NCBI GenBank assembly: GCA_907165135.1
Contig: OU015567.1
Coordinates: forward strand, 9,362,001-9,426,000
Reading direction: 5' to 3'
Origin: Oikopleura dioica
Lineage: Eukaryota > Animalia > Chordata
DNA length: 64,000 nt
Below are positions 12,010-23,835 of the stretch, piece after piece. Made by a program: the position numbers and the translations under genes. The notes below the pieces were generated by a model. The model saw only the letters and a list, made by a program, of their open reading frames with translations, ran no database searches and had not been told where the DNA came from. Numbering within the stretch: position 1 is the stretch's first letter; the number at the start of each line of letters is the position of its first letter.

Positions 12010-13181
12010 TTAATTGAAGAGACACTGGCTATGAGCTTGACTAGGCTCTTTTTGAGTGCTGCAGAAAGCGGGAGATGCAGGATAACTGTCAGAGATATCA
12101 AACGAGTGCTGAGTCGATTCTGTAATTGAAAAAGGGCAGCTATCTTCGATTTCCATCGTAAGGTTTTTATTCGGATCTTCATCCTCGTTTGACTCAACTG
12201 GAGTCGGCGAGATAATTTCCAGGGGCGGACTGGACGGTGGTGTTTCTTCCAATGCTAACGAAGGTATTCGTGGGGGGCTTTCTTCGTCTTCTAACCATGG
12301 CTGTTGATTTCGAGTCCTTTGGTTTTACCCGGCATTTTTTGCCGGGCAACCCACAGATTTTTCTACGGGTTACTCGCGCGGAGACCCGTGCGAGTAAATC
12401 GAGTAAATGGGTAAAGGATAATCGCGAGCTACTCGCGAAAATTTCGACTAGAAAGAAGAAAATTTGCTCGTCTGATTGGCTCTCGAAAAAGGGTTGCGGG
12501 TAATCGCGAGCTACTCGGCGGAAAGGAGAAAACAGGTAGCGCGGGTAGCCCGTGAAAAGACTCTCCGTGCGAGTAACCCGCTGTAAAATCTGCGGGTTGC
12601 CCGGAAAAAAAGGCCGGGTAAAACCAAAGGACTCAAAATCAACAGCCATGCTTCTAACGGCAAATCTTCCATCGTATATTCAGCGATTGGAATCGTAGTT
12701 TGAGATGCTTCTGCAGACCAGCTTGGCTCCTCATTGAAATCTGAATAAGAGCTCACAAGATTTTGAAGAAACGACGATTATACCTCCAGTGACAACAATT
12801 TTGTATCGCCCGAGAAAGATTCGAATGGTCTTTGGGTTGATTTCCTTGGGAATATTGAAGCGTTTTTTCCAAAGCTGTTTCTGTGAATAATCCATGCACT
12901 TTATGATCACGGCCTCCTCGAATGTACCGCAGGAAATGTGCAACTCGCCAGCATCTTCAGTGAAATCAAGCATTTGCGTCCAGTGCTGATTTAGCCGCAG
13001 TTTTGTGTAGCTACGGATGATTGGAAGATCCTCTGTGAAAAAGCTGATCCTGTAAAAATGTTTTACAAATGATATCAAGAAAACCTTTCCTTGTCTCCAT
13101 GGATTGTGTTTGATCAACCAGTTTGCCTCCCCAATCCTTTGCATCCCCGAAAAGCCCTGCTTCTCCGAAATCAACTTCCAT
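12010..13181 (-). CDS. Uncharacterised protein with Ser/Pro/Glu-rich C-terminus; last exon interrupted by a MITE
   Basis: ATG 13181 (MEVDFGEAG), exons joined by short introns; removing 12296-12650 plus one TSD fuses ORFs 12511-12756 and 12010-12252 in frame (DLPLEDEESPP). Confidence 0.6.
12296..12650. mobile_element. Non-autonomous hAT-type MITE (355 bp) inside a coding exon
   Basis: ~38-bp TIR CATGGCTGTTGATTT(C/T)GAGTCCTTTGGTTTTACCCGGC; perfect 8-bp TSD cttctaac (12288-12295, 12651-12658). Confidence 0.92.
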
Positions 13182-13459
13182 GGTTTTTCTCTTTTCAATT
13201 TGATATTTGAAATGCTTTTTTCAAAAATCAATCCGCTATTACAGCTCGTTCATTTCCTGCCGATAACGTGAGATTATCAAAATTCCTCTTCCTTTCAATC
13301 AGTTAGGTCGCGAGAAACGCGTTCTCGAACGCGTTGATTGAGGATTCAATGATGCGGCTTTTCCGCTAATCTAGAGATCTGAGGAAAGAAGGTGTGAAGA
13401 CTCAAACTGGGTCACACTGGGAGCGCTCCTGAAATTTCAACCGCTGCTAAAAATAGAAA

Positions 13460-13966
13460 ATGCAGGAGAGCGCCACCAGTTTTGATGGCTCTAGGCGAAG
13501 CTCTGGGGGAGATATAAGCATGCCCAGCGGGGAATGTCTCATTTATATCGTTATTAATCAAAAGAACAATTTACCCTCTTTTATCATGAACAGCGATGCG
13601 TGTGAGAAGACCGGATTCGAGTTCCTCAAGACGGCGGGATCGTTTATTCTCGAGCTCACCGACCTCACTGCGAAGAAAAGCGCCGAAAAAAAACCTTTCG
13701 GCAGAAAATGGATGACAAGTTATGAAAAACTGGATGCGCTGCTCGATGAAGTAAAGAACCTTGTGATTCTGCTTCCAGGAGACAGCTTTCAAGACTGGGA
13801 TTTCACCGGGAATCTTGAGACAAATAAGATCGAGATCCACACTATCGAGGGAAAACACAATCGGAGAATTTTCTTCAGACAGATTGATGAAGTTGTTACT
13901 GCCGAAATTGCTGTAAACTTTGATGAGGAACACATTTCTGTTGACTTCTACGACTATTTTTTGTAA
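13460..13966 (+). CDS. Single-exon ORF of unknown function, divergent from the 13181 gene
   Basis: 168-codon ORF with globular composition, stop followed at once by AATAAA; no family recognised. Confidence 0.55.
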   Translation: MQESATSFDGSRRSSGGDISMPSGECLIYIVINQKNNLPSFIMNSDACEKTGFEFLKTAGSFILELTDLTAKKSAEKKPFGRKWMTSYEKLDALLDEVKNLVILLPGDSFQDWDFTGNLETNKIEIHTIEGKHNRRIFFRQIDEVVTAEIAVNFDEEHISVDFYDYFL

Positions 13967-14225
13967 ATAAATTCAAATAAACGAGAATCGAGTTTTGAAA
14001 CTATCATTTTATTTGAATAAGGCCTGAAAGCAGAGTAGCAAGTTGCGGGAATACGCATCTTCTTGGGATAAATGTAATTGATGAAAGAAAATTGTCATGA
14101 AAGAGAAGAAGCTAGAATTATTTTTTAGTTCACAGAAAAAGTGGTTAGGCGTGTAATGAAAAACAGGATCCTCCTGCGCTTCTGGGCGAAGAAAAAGAAC
14201 TACAGTTGATTCGAGGTGAGGGTGT

Positions 14226-15447
14226 TTAGACGATTGGGAAAGACGCGCAAGTAGCAATGCCGCACATGTTCTCTCCTCGTTTGATTTTGAAGAAGCCTTC
14301 ATCTCCCCACTCGGCGCCCCAAGAATTCTTGACGATGTAGTAAGGGGTATTACACTTTTTGCACGTTCCATAGCCGACAGCGAGGACGGCGTGGTTCACA
14401 TCGGTTGGCCCGGATCCGCATGTGTCTGAAACAGTAAGATTAGCAAGAATGAGTCGAGTTTTTTTTTAACCTGATTGGTAAACGCCTTCTTTGTAAAATC
14501 GGAAACCATCGACGACCTCGAACACGACGGAAACTGGATTAAAATAAGCAAGAGCAATGGTCAGTTGATCCTCGTCCGTTTCAGTAATGTTGAAAACTTC
14601 TCGAACAGTTCCAGCAGTTTTGGTCGGGTCGAACTCGCAGAGACCTTCTTCGGCATGATACGCGTAGTCTTTTTCTTCTTCCAAACCTCCGATGTAGCTA
14701 AATAATGAAGTTAAATAGGGATAGTATCGTGATTATCCTACTGGATATATTCGAAGGCGTGGGAAGGCAAACCACCGTTGCAACCATGATTGTCGAAATC
14801 TTGAGCACAGTCGACCAACTGCTGCTCGGACAAGTTGAATGCCTGGTTGTGGTGAATTAAATGGGCAGATTCCAGACAACCAGTGGTGGAAAATGTCCAA
14901 CAGGACCCGCAGTGGCCTTGGTTTTTGACTGGAGAAACTCCACCGTGCTCTCGCCAGTCGAAGTTTTCAGGAAGGGAGAGGACGTCGATGTCAAGATGTC
15001 GGGTGGAGGTGGCGGAGCAGTCTTGGTTTACCATCAGATATTGGGACTGGAATTCCGCGAAGGAAAGATCAGCATCCTATATTTTTGATTTAAATATATT
15101 GTGATGAGATGGTCTTACGAAGTTCAATCCCATTTTCCAAGTAACATCTTCGCGCTGATTATGCTGCATAATCATTTCATAGTTCTTGCTAAACGTCTGC
15201 GCCCTCAATCTTCTTTCCTCCGCAGTTTTATACTTCTTCGCGAAGTCATTTTCGTATTTTCGAAAAGCGCGAAGGTTGGCCACGTCGACCCCGAGCTTGG
15301 CAGCTGAAAAATGAGTTCTAACTTGGTGCTTTCGCCTGTCAAAGAGGGCGAATTCAACTCACCTTCAGCAAAATCATTTTGCATTTGGAAGAAGTTGGAG
15401 CTGACGCGGGCCATCGCCCCGGCCGCCAAAATCGCAAAAAGTTTCAT
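14226..15447 (-). CDS. CTSH: Cathepsin H-like papain-family cysteine protease
   Basis: Signal peptide, I29 propeptide, [14 protein letters not shown] catalytic Cys, [40 protein letters not shown] His, IVKNSWG Asn, [11 protein letters not shown]. Confidence 0.92.
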
Positions 15448-15539
15448 TTTCTCCTTCGATTATCTAAAAAGCAATGGATAATCTCTTGAATATTATTTAC
15501 ATATTATTGTATTGCACACAAGAAAATAACTGTCTCTTT

Positions 15540-15923
15540 TCAATTTAAGTTAGTCTTCAACGAAGCAGGAAGATTTTTGATAATTGCTTTGCTGAACTCA
15601 GCGGCTTCCAACGACGTCTGTCTCAGCTCCTCTCGGACTCGGGCCGCTTCGGTTTTGTTTTTCACTTTTTCAAGGATCGCCTCCGTTGATTTATCGATTT
15701 CTTAATAAAAAAGTTTCGATTGACTATTCCGTAATAATGAGCTTAATCACTGATTTCAGCGATAGGAGTCCTTTGTTTACTGATGCTTACGGCAATTTTG
15801 TTGAATATAGTCGAATAAAACGTCACTAATGCATGTTTTTTCGATGTCATCCATCACAACACCCATGGAGGGTCTGGCAGGAAGGGTTGGCCGCGCATCA
15901 AACTTGATCCCTTTCGACGACAT
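15540..15923 (-). CDS. Small (~98 aa) helical protein, two exons
   Basis: AG acceptor then ATG at 15923; GT-AG intron ~15702-15789; helical second exon; no family recognised. Confidence 0.55.
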
Positions 15924-15969
15924 CGATTTTATCCGTCTAAAAAACAAGAAAAAGCCGGGGAAAAAAGTA

Positions 15970-16052
15970 TACCAGGAGTGGGGTTCGAACCCACGCGGGG
16001 ATGCCCCCATTGGAACTTAAGTCCAACGCCTTAACCACTCGGCCATCCTGGT
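15970..16052 (-). tRNA. tRNA-Leu (anticodon UAA)
   Basis: ACCAGGA acceptor stem, GGCCGAGTGGTTAAGGC D arm, TTGGA-CTTAAGT-TCCAA anticodon arm, long variable arm, GGTTCGAACCC T arm; T6 terminator downstream. Confidence 0.97.
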
Positions 16053-16741
16053 GTGCTCTGGCCACGACAAAAATGCACCAAATTACAACGCTTCTTATTT
16101 GCATAAATACGAAACGGGACTAAGCCCGTTTTAGCTCGGTCAAAATTGGTTGATAGTGTTTAAAAGAGCTTAAAAGCAATCAAATAGTAAGTTGTATTTG
16201 AATGCCTTCAGTTTTAAACACTATAAACCAATTTTGACAAGTTAATTCGTAGATAAAAGTTCGGTAGTTGATTTTTATATGAATTTATTAATAATACAAA
16301 AAGGAAACGGTCCATAACCAAGAAATAATTTGTCGGGAAATTGAAAAATATCAAAGGCAATATTAGAAAGTCTGCAGTAGCAATTCGAATACAATTTTCA
16401 TAGTTTTTTCTTTGGTTTCAGTTCTTTTTCGATAGTTATTTAGCGGATCAGGGGCAAAATGATATTTTCTGAGTAATGAAAACGGGTTGTTTAGCATAAT
16501 GGAAAAGAATACAACTTTGGGAGAAGAGAAAGAGGAGTTGTCGGTTTGCCCAAGCCAGCAAGCGAACCAGAATCCAGCTGGTGTGTTTTTTCTTTAGATA
16601 AAGAGAGAGAATGAGAAGGATGGCTCAGATGTTTCTTTACTTTGATAGAAGATTTCTTAAACAAGACTTTTTATGCTGAGTGGAGAAGTTCACTAACCAG
16701 GAAGGTCGAGTGGCATGTGTTTCAAAGTTTAAATGTTTCGC

Positions 16742-18017
16742 TCAGGTTGACATTGAAGTAAGTGAGATCGTTACGTTGATGCCCAAGTTTCCGTTTTCGG
16801 AAAACATCTGAGCAACCGCCGTGTCAAATACGAGGCAGTCCGAGTTTTGAATGGCACTGAAAGAAAAGAGATCGAAATCGTTTTTGGAAAGAGATCGACT
16901 AACCTAGAAACGCCTTCATGAATTGATCGAGGAGTGGCTTCCCAAGTCAGTCGACGACGATGGCCGTTCAACTCCAGGCGATAGGCGAATTGTTGAGCTT
17001 GTTTCCGTGTTCCGATGAGTTGGACGACTTAGAGGTTGATTTTACCAACGATCGAGGAGTAAAATATCTACCTGCAAAGAACTGGACATGTCCATCGAAT
17101 TTCTCCTGTTTCTCCAGAACGAGCATGAAGTGGTTATTGAAACAGCTCTGCATCATCACCCAGTCCACAGCTCCTGGTAGATTAACGTCCGTAGCGAGGA
17201 ACACGATGTCCTCGCCCTGGAGGGTGGTGATAGACTAATGGAAATTTTCTAGTATGATAAAGAAGTGATGGAGGTACCTTGTGGTTGACTAACAAATGTT
17301 CCATAACTTCGTCCAAGTTACCGCTCCACTTACAGGAAGCGCCGGGGCAGGGACAGACATAAGGGCGGAATTCGCATTGATCTATCAATTTCTTTTAGCT
17401 TTGAGAGGAGGAAATGACAGACCTTCATGAGTTGGCTTTTCTGTATGAAGCATTTGCTGATTGCAGCCATTCTGCTTGTACTTGCATGGAAAGTAAACAG
17501 TAGCAGCGACTTTTTCCATCGCAAGGTTTCGAATTTGGGGGATTTGTCCACGACATGTTGGGCAGGTCTAGATGAATCTGGCGCGAGAAGTTGGTGTAAG
17601 AAAAGTTACCTGAAGCTTCGGACGACATTGTCCGCAAATGAGATGTCCGATGGAACATTGGTGGATAGGTGGTAGGACGTAATCGTAGCAGACTGGGCAT
17701 TCAAAGAGGGCGGCTAATTCGGAGTTGTTCGAGTTCGGCTAGAACGTTCTTTTTGCGAATTTTCTTTGAAAAAAAGAACTTACCATATCCGCCTCACTCT
17801 TGATGACATCGACATGCATTGGAACGGCTCGTTGACTAGCTCTCGCTGGATTTGCAGATTGGCCGAAGGGACCTGATTTCCCGATCGTCGCAGAGTTCTG
17901 ATTTGGCATACTTTCGTTTTGGCTGTCTCGTTGGAACGCGGAGTCGCGATCGTTCCCCGAGCTCCCGGTGACCGTCAATTTTCGGTCGGAGAGGCTCGGG
18001 GTCCCCTCAAGACCCAT
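16742..18017 (-). CDS. SIAH1: SIAH/Sina E3 ubiquitin ligase
   Basis: [92 protein letters not shown]. Confidence 0.95.
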
Positions 18018-18448
18018 AGTCCGACGTGGTGAAAAATCTTAAAAGAAAAAAATCTGTTTTGTGCATCTCCTTTAAAATCATGTGTGTTGTCAGTCAAATA
18101 ATGATAAAAAATCCGAAAGATAAAATAAAGAAAAATGACCAGCAGTACGATACTGAAAAATGCGAAACAGAAGATATATCAGTATATCGGGAAACGTCTT
18201 GAATAGTTGAATAATGAGAAAACAGGACTAAGATAGAAAAATTCATCTACTCAAGATAATCAATAATGATGAACGAAATTTCACGGAAATTTCATTAATT
18301 AAAAAGAACAGAAAACGCGAAGTATTGGCACAGAAACGAAGAAGTGTATGTAGCTGTAACGAAAGCCCGTCGAAGGGATTAGGCAAAGTGGTGAACTACT
18401 GCAGAGGGTACTTTCAAAAAAGAATATTGCTTACGAATGAATATGGCC

Positions 18449-19517
18449 TAGGGTTTCTCACGGGAATTTCAAAGTTATAACAGGTTTTTTTTAACGTTGC
18501 ACCATTTTTGTGGAGCGCTTTTCAGCGGGTTAGAGTTGAGATATTTTGGTCATCTCTTTTGCACCATGTAGGGGAGGGTCTGTAGTATGTTAAATAAGCT
18601 TTTGGTGTCGGCACCATCACTGGTGGTGGAGTAATGACGTCATTCATTGTGAATTCGCGGCAAAGCGTGTATGGTGGGAAAAAATTTGAAAAGTCCCTAA
18701 ACGCACCATATATGGTTATTTTATCATACAGGGATGTTCCCTACATGTATACGAAAAAACCTGATAGTTTTTGGTGCCAGCACCAAGGTTGGTGCTGGAG
18801 TAATGACGTCATCAAGATTTTTTCCTATGATTTTAGTGTATTTTGGATGTCGTGATTACTCCACCACCAGTTATGGTGCCGGCACCAAAAGCTTATTTAA
18901 CATACTACAGACCCTCCCAAACAAGGTGCAAAAGAGAGAATTTAAATATCTCGACTCAAACACCATCAAAAACGCTCCACCAATTATGTGCAACGTTAAA
19001 AAAAACCTGTTTATGCTATGTTTCTGAAATTCACACTGTAGACTAAATTTGACCCGCTGATTCCAAAAATACCAAAATCGGAAATCCCCGGATGCCAGCA
19101 TCGAACCACCTGATTTAGTCACCTTGAGAAAAAAGGTTCGGACTGCTCCCCGGGCGCTCTGTAAATAAGCGCCCGCCCAGGCCCTTCCGATTAGTTAACC
19201 CTCAGTTTGAGTATCTGCTGAATGTTGCTGAATTCTGAATTTTTGAGAGATAAGTGATAAAGGTCTATTATCAATCATATCTCAAAATCAGAGGTGTATT
19301 TTGGTGTACTCCGGGAGAAAAGTAAGAAAATTTGTCCAAAAAGAGATTTTTCGGCATAATTTGACATTTATATAGAATAAAAATTCGATATTTGGAATCT
19401 GCGACCTTTAATTAGTATATTTGATAATTTAAATTTTCATTTTTGATAAAAAATAAGGGTTCGATTTTGGCGGTGGAAGGCCCGGAGCGCGCCGCGCCGT
19501 TCCCGTGAAAAACCCTA
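18449..19517. mobile_element. Non-autonomous hAT-type element (~1.07 kb)
   Basis: TIR TAGGGTTTCTCACGGGAA / TTCCCGTGAAAAACCCTA; aatatggc at 18440-18447 and 19518-19525 (8-bp TSD, one-base offset on the left); internal inverted repeat ~18594-18898. Confidence 0.75.
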
Positions 19518-19524
19518 AATATGG

Positions 19525-22500
19525 CTATTTGAACAATATGTTTGTGACTGTTTCTATTGCTTTGCCACAGTAGTTGCACTGACCGCTCTTGGCGATTGTG
19601 GAAGAGCAAGTTTGACAGTTGGCATGGCTAAAATAAAAGAGATAACAAACAGAAAGAACTGATGGTTGGCTCACCCGCACGGAAGAAAGATCGACCAAGC
19701 AACAGCCCGTCGCGAGCACTGGCGACAACGCTTGAAGCCCTCGTCCTCCGACGAGTCCGAGTCTAGCATGCAACAGTCGGGCACTATTCTCGAAATCGAC
19801 TGCTGGGTGAGACATGTTGAGTTTTCAGCGATTGGGGGGTCGATGGAGGATTTCTTGGGCTTGGAAAAGGAGGCTCGCTTTTTCGAGCTGCTGCCGGTCT
19901 TTATCGCCACGGCTGCTTTGGACGTTTTGGCGCTTTTTGAGAGCTGATCGGTGCTTCGGCTTTTTGAGAGCTATTTTTCTGATTTACTTGAATTGAATTT
20001 GGCCTAATCAGTAGGTAAACTTGATGAAAAATGAGCTCTTTTTAGAGCTTATAAATCAGGGAATATAATACAGTTTTAGAATCCTCAGAAGCTGGGGATG
20101 ATTTTGACTATTCATACTTGGGGGTTTTGCTCATGCCCTGAGGGGTTTTGGGCCTTCCAAAGTCCCGAAATGTGGCCAATCTCGGTTAGGGGCTCATAAC
20201 TTTTCTTCTCCCCATTTCTGGAGAAAGCCCACCATATGAGCTTGTAAAAGAGGCTCTAACGATTCAGAATATGTATAGAAAACCACCGGACACCCCCCAT
20301 TATAGAGCCTCTAGAAGGCCCGAAAGTTGAGGAAGTCAACGGAAAATCAGTACTATTTTCACGAAAATAGAGCAAAAGTGCAATATTTTCATCGGAAATC
20401 GTTAGAAAAACGTTTTTAATGACTTTCTGACGTACAAAATTTAGTCTGGGAACCTTCCGGGGTGAGTTGTTACGAGATTCAATTTTTTATCACAATATGA
20501 CCCCACGTGACCTCAAATGACCCAAGAGTAAATTTTGTGCGTCAGAAAGTCATTAAAACGTTTTTCTAATGATTTCCGATGAAAATATTGCACTTTTGCT
20601 CTATTTTCGTAAAAAAGTACTGATTTTCCGGTGACTTCCTCAACTTCCGGGCCTTCTAGAGGGTCTAGAATGGGGGGTGTCCGTTGGTTTTCTATACATA
20701 TTCTGAATCGTTAGAGCCTCCTCTACAAGCTCATATGGTGGGCTTTCTCCAGAAATGGGGAGAAGAAAAGTTATGAGCCCCTAACCGAGATTGGCCACAT
20801 TTCGGGACTTTGGAAGGCCCAAAACCCCTCAGGGCATGAGCAAAACCCCCAAGTATGAATAGTCAAAATCATCCCCAGCTTCTGAGGATTCTAAAACTGT
20901 ATTATATTCCCTGATTTATAAGCTTTAAAAAGAGCTCATTTTTCATCAAGTTTACCTACTAATCAGGATTTTATTGGCAAAAAATTAGTTGGGGTAGTAA
21001 ATTTGGTAAAATAACTTGTCTTAGATGGTCGGGAAGATTTGAGCGGGAGGAAGAAATGTGAGACGATCGAGAGTAGGAGTTACGTAGACTCGTTGGTCGG
21101 TTCAAATCGGCGGCGGAAAAGGAGGAACTCACCAGGGACGATCGAGGCACTGGGCTTTCCCGAGCCAGAGGACGCCTAGGTCGCGCTGTTGCCAGATTTT
21201 TATCCTACAAATAATGATAATTTTTTCTTATTATACATGCGCGCACATCTGCGCATTCATTTACCTATAAATAAACTACAGTTACATATGTAATTGAAAA
21301 AAGCAAAAGAGAGAAATCTCTTTTCTCTATCTCCGGTAGACCAAATCAGACAAAAATACAACAGCTGACAAATAAAAAAATTACCTGTCGCTGATTGAGA
21401 TTCTCCAAATAGGTGCTCTTGATTCTCAACTGTGCGATTTTCTGCACCGCGTCTTCTTCAGAAATTATCTCTTCCGTTCCAGATGAGCCAGCGCCCGCGG
21501 CTTCTTCGACAAGAAAGCCGCTTGGGAAATTGACTTTGAAATCTTTTAAAGTCTCCATCATCTCGTATAATTCTCCTCGTTTTGCGTTTGATAGTGTACG
21601 ATTACGCAGCCGCGCTTCTCCAACATATCTCGTAAATTTATACCAAGCCTTATTTTTAAAGGAAAGATTCGAAAATATGAAGTCAATACGTACGGGAAAC
21701 CAGACTTCTTCAGTATCGTCAAACATATCTAATAGGTACTCGAGAGCAGCTTTATTGTTCGTTGTCGCGTTGTATATCATTTGAAGACGAATAGAATTCA
21801 AATCCGTGAGCTTCATTTTCTCGAAAACGTCTTTTCTGAGTTTTCAGATCATGGACGACCATGATTTGAGAAGATTCGCCGAGAAAAGATACGATTTTGA
21901 GCATTATTTCTGGCTCTATCGACATTTGTCATCATATTTAATGATCATTTCTGTTGAAAACTTTTCCCTAAAAAGTACGTAGCGATGCTTTTCATTTCAT
22001 CATCGAATTTGTTCGTTTCGTAAAGTCTCAAAATGAGATACACAGGCCAGTTGTTGTGAATGCGCGCCAGCTCAAGAGGCGTTTTGTTTTCTGGATCTCG
22101 TGAAATCAAAAGTGCTCCCTGAAGAATCAGTCAATAGAGAACGATAGCGAGAAAAAGTTTCTTTCTTACGTTGTTTATGAGCATATCGACGACCACTACG
22201 GAGCGGGCCATTTTATCGACGTCCTGCCCGCTGCGGTACTCGTTCAGGCGCGTCCCAGTCCCAATAATAGGAATATTGCATGCGGCAGAAATCGGAATGT
22301 TTCCGTTTGAATCTCTGAATCAATTTTGATAGAAGACAGTTGGGGAAATTTAGCTAACCTGTTGTTGCACTGACCGCCAGCTTTGATCAACTCGTTGACG
22401 CATTTAAACTGCGCTTTGCTGCAACTAGCAACTAACGCGCTTTCTCCCTCGTATTCCCAATCTGGCTGTGCTCGGTTTCGCAAAAGCTTTTCATGGATTC

Positions 22501-22699
22501 AACTTTCAGTAATTCACTAGTCTATAACCACCTTCTTTCATGATTTTCTCATCCCGTGACTAGATAATTAATAAATCCGACTTGACGAAAGCAGGCTTTT
22601 CTCGTCACCAAGCTTGGCGTATTTGATGAAGCTCTTCTTTTTGTTGACGGTGCTCTGCGTGCGCGGAAGGTTGCGCCGCGGACTCGCTTGTATACTCAT
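19525..22699 (-). CDS. Ankyrin-repeat protein with C-terminal RING finger
   Basis: Ankyrin-like GESALVASCSKAQFKCVNELIKAG and DPENKTPLELARIHNN; C-terminal CRQC..FLPCG/SHANCQTC..CNYC RING; exact exon structure uncertain. Confidence 0.6.
20011..20959. mobile_element. 949-bp foldback element with ~430-bp near-identical arms, intronic
   Basis: Arms ~20011-20442 and ~20529-20959; ends GTAGGTAAAC...GTTTACCTAC; 6-bp TSD taatca (20005-20010, 20960-20965). Confidence 0.9.
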
Positions 22700-23835
22700 C
22701 TTAACGGATTCAATTAATTTAAAGGCTACTGCTTTGGTTTTCTGTGTTTCTGTTTATAAAATTCTCGCAATATAATAATCGTGCATGTAATGAATGAATT
22801 GGACGGAACTGCGCCGTGCCCCAAGGCATCGAACTTACCATCTGCACCACCACAGATTACCAACCCATAGTCGACATTTCTGATCTGACAGCGTAAACTT
22901 TAGTTTCTCTCTTACTCTTTATCTTCGTTTTATTTTTGCTAGTACTTCTTCAAACTCCACTTTCCGAAATTATTACGTTCCGATCCTTAGAGAACATGAC
23001 GGACTACAGTTAGAATCAGAGCTACTCTACCTAATTACGTAACATAAATATATGCCAAAATCATATGACAGACCTATTCAAAGAACCTGCAAAAAGAAAG
23101 AAAAAAAAAGGGATGAACGTGAATGTGAATATTTTTTATTAAAGCACAGGTAAATAAGAATAGAAGAGGAAGTTCGGGATTATTCTCAACCGAATAATAT
23201 AGAATAATATCTAACGAGCCTTTCTTTCAAAATGATATTTTGGCGGCAATTGCTGGCTATTGTCATTGAATATTATTTGAGTTAATTACTGAAAGTTGAA
23301 AAATCTTAACAGGAAAAAAGGCAAACACATTTTTACTTTGCATAGAAATGAATTGAATTACTTTGAATCTTTACCGCGAAAAATTGTGGTTTTCTGATCT
23401 ACGAGGTGCTAATAAATGAAAGATAATTAGTCTTTTTAGCTCCATTTATCAAGAATACCAGCTGAGCAATACTTTAAGCACCATTTTTAAATATTAAATA
23501 TACCCAGAGTAGAGGTTGACCATTTATTCGACAAAAATAATTAAGAAAATTGTCGAATAACCGGTCAACAGCTCACTCAGATTGAATCGAAATAAATATT
23601 GAACTACGAGAAATAAAAATATTTTCTTAAATTTGAAAGATTGAGAGACGAGCGGCGAATTTTAAGAATGGTAATATTGGCTGAACGGCGTTTATATTTA
23701 TATATATTTTCATTATTTACTTTCTTCATTTGTTGTCCGTTTGGTGGAAAATTGAAGCGATCCGGAGTTAACCCATTTTTGGACCAGCTCAGCCAAAAGG
23801 CCAGCAGGGCAATTGTGACGCCTCGTGGACACTTT

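Noticed and set aside
12194-12649. ORFs 12194-12649 and 12237-12503
   Set aside because: They read through the MITE inverted repeats, hence the mirrored peptides.
20010-20960. Polinton/Maverick call using AG...CT ends
   Set aside because: With those ends the flanks do not form a TSD, and there is no coding capacity; left unclassified.
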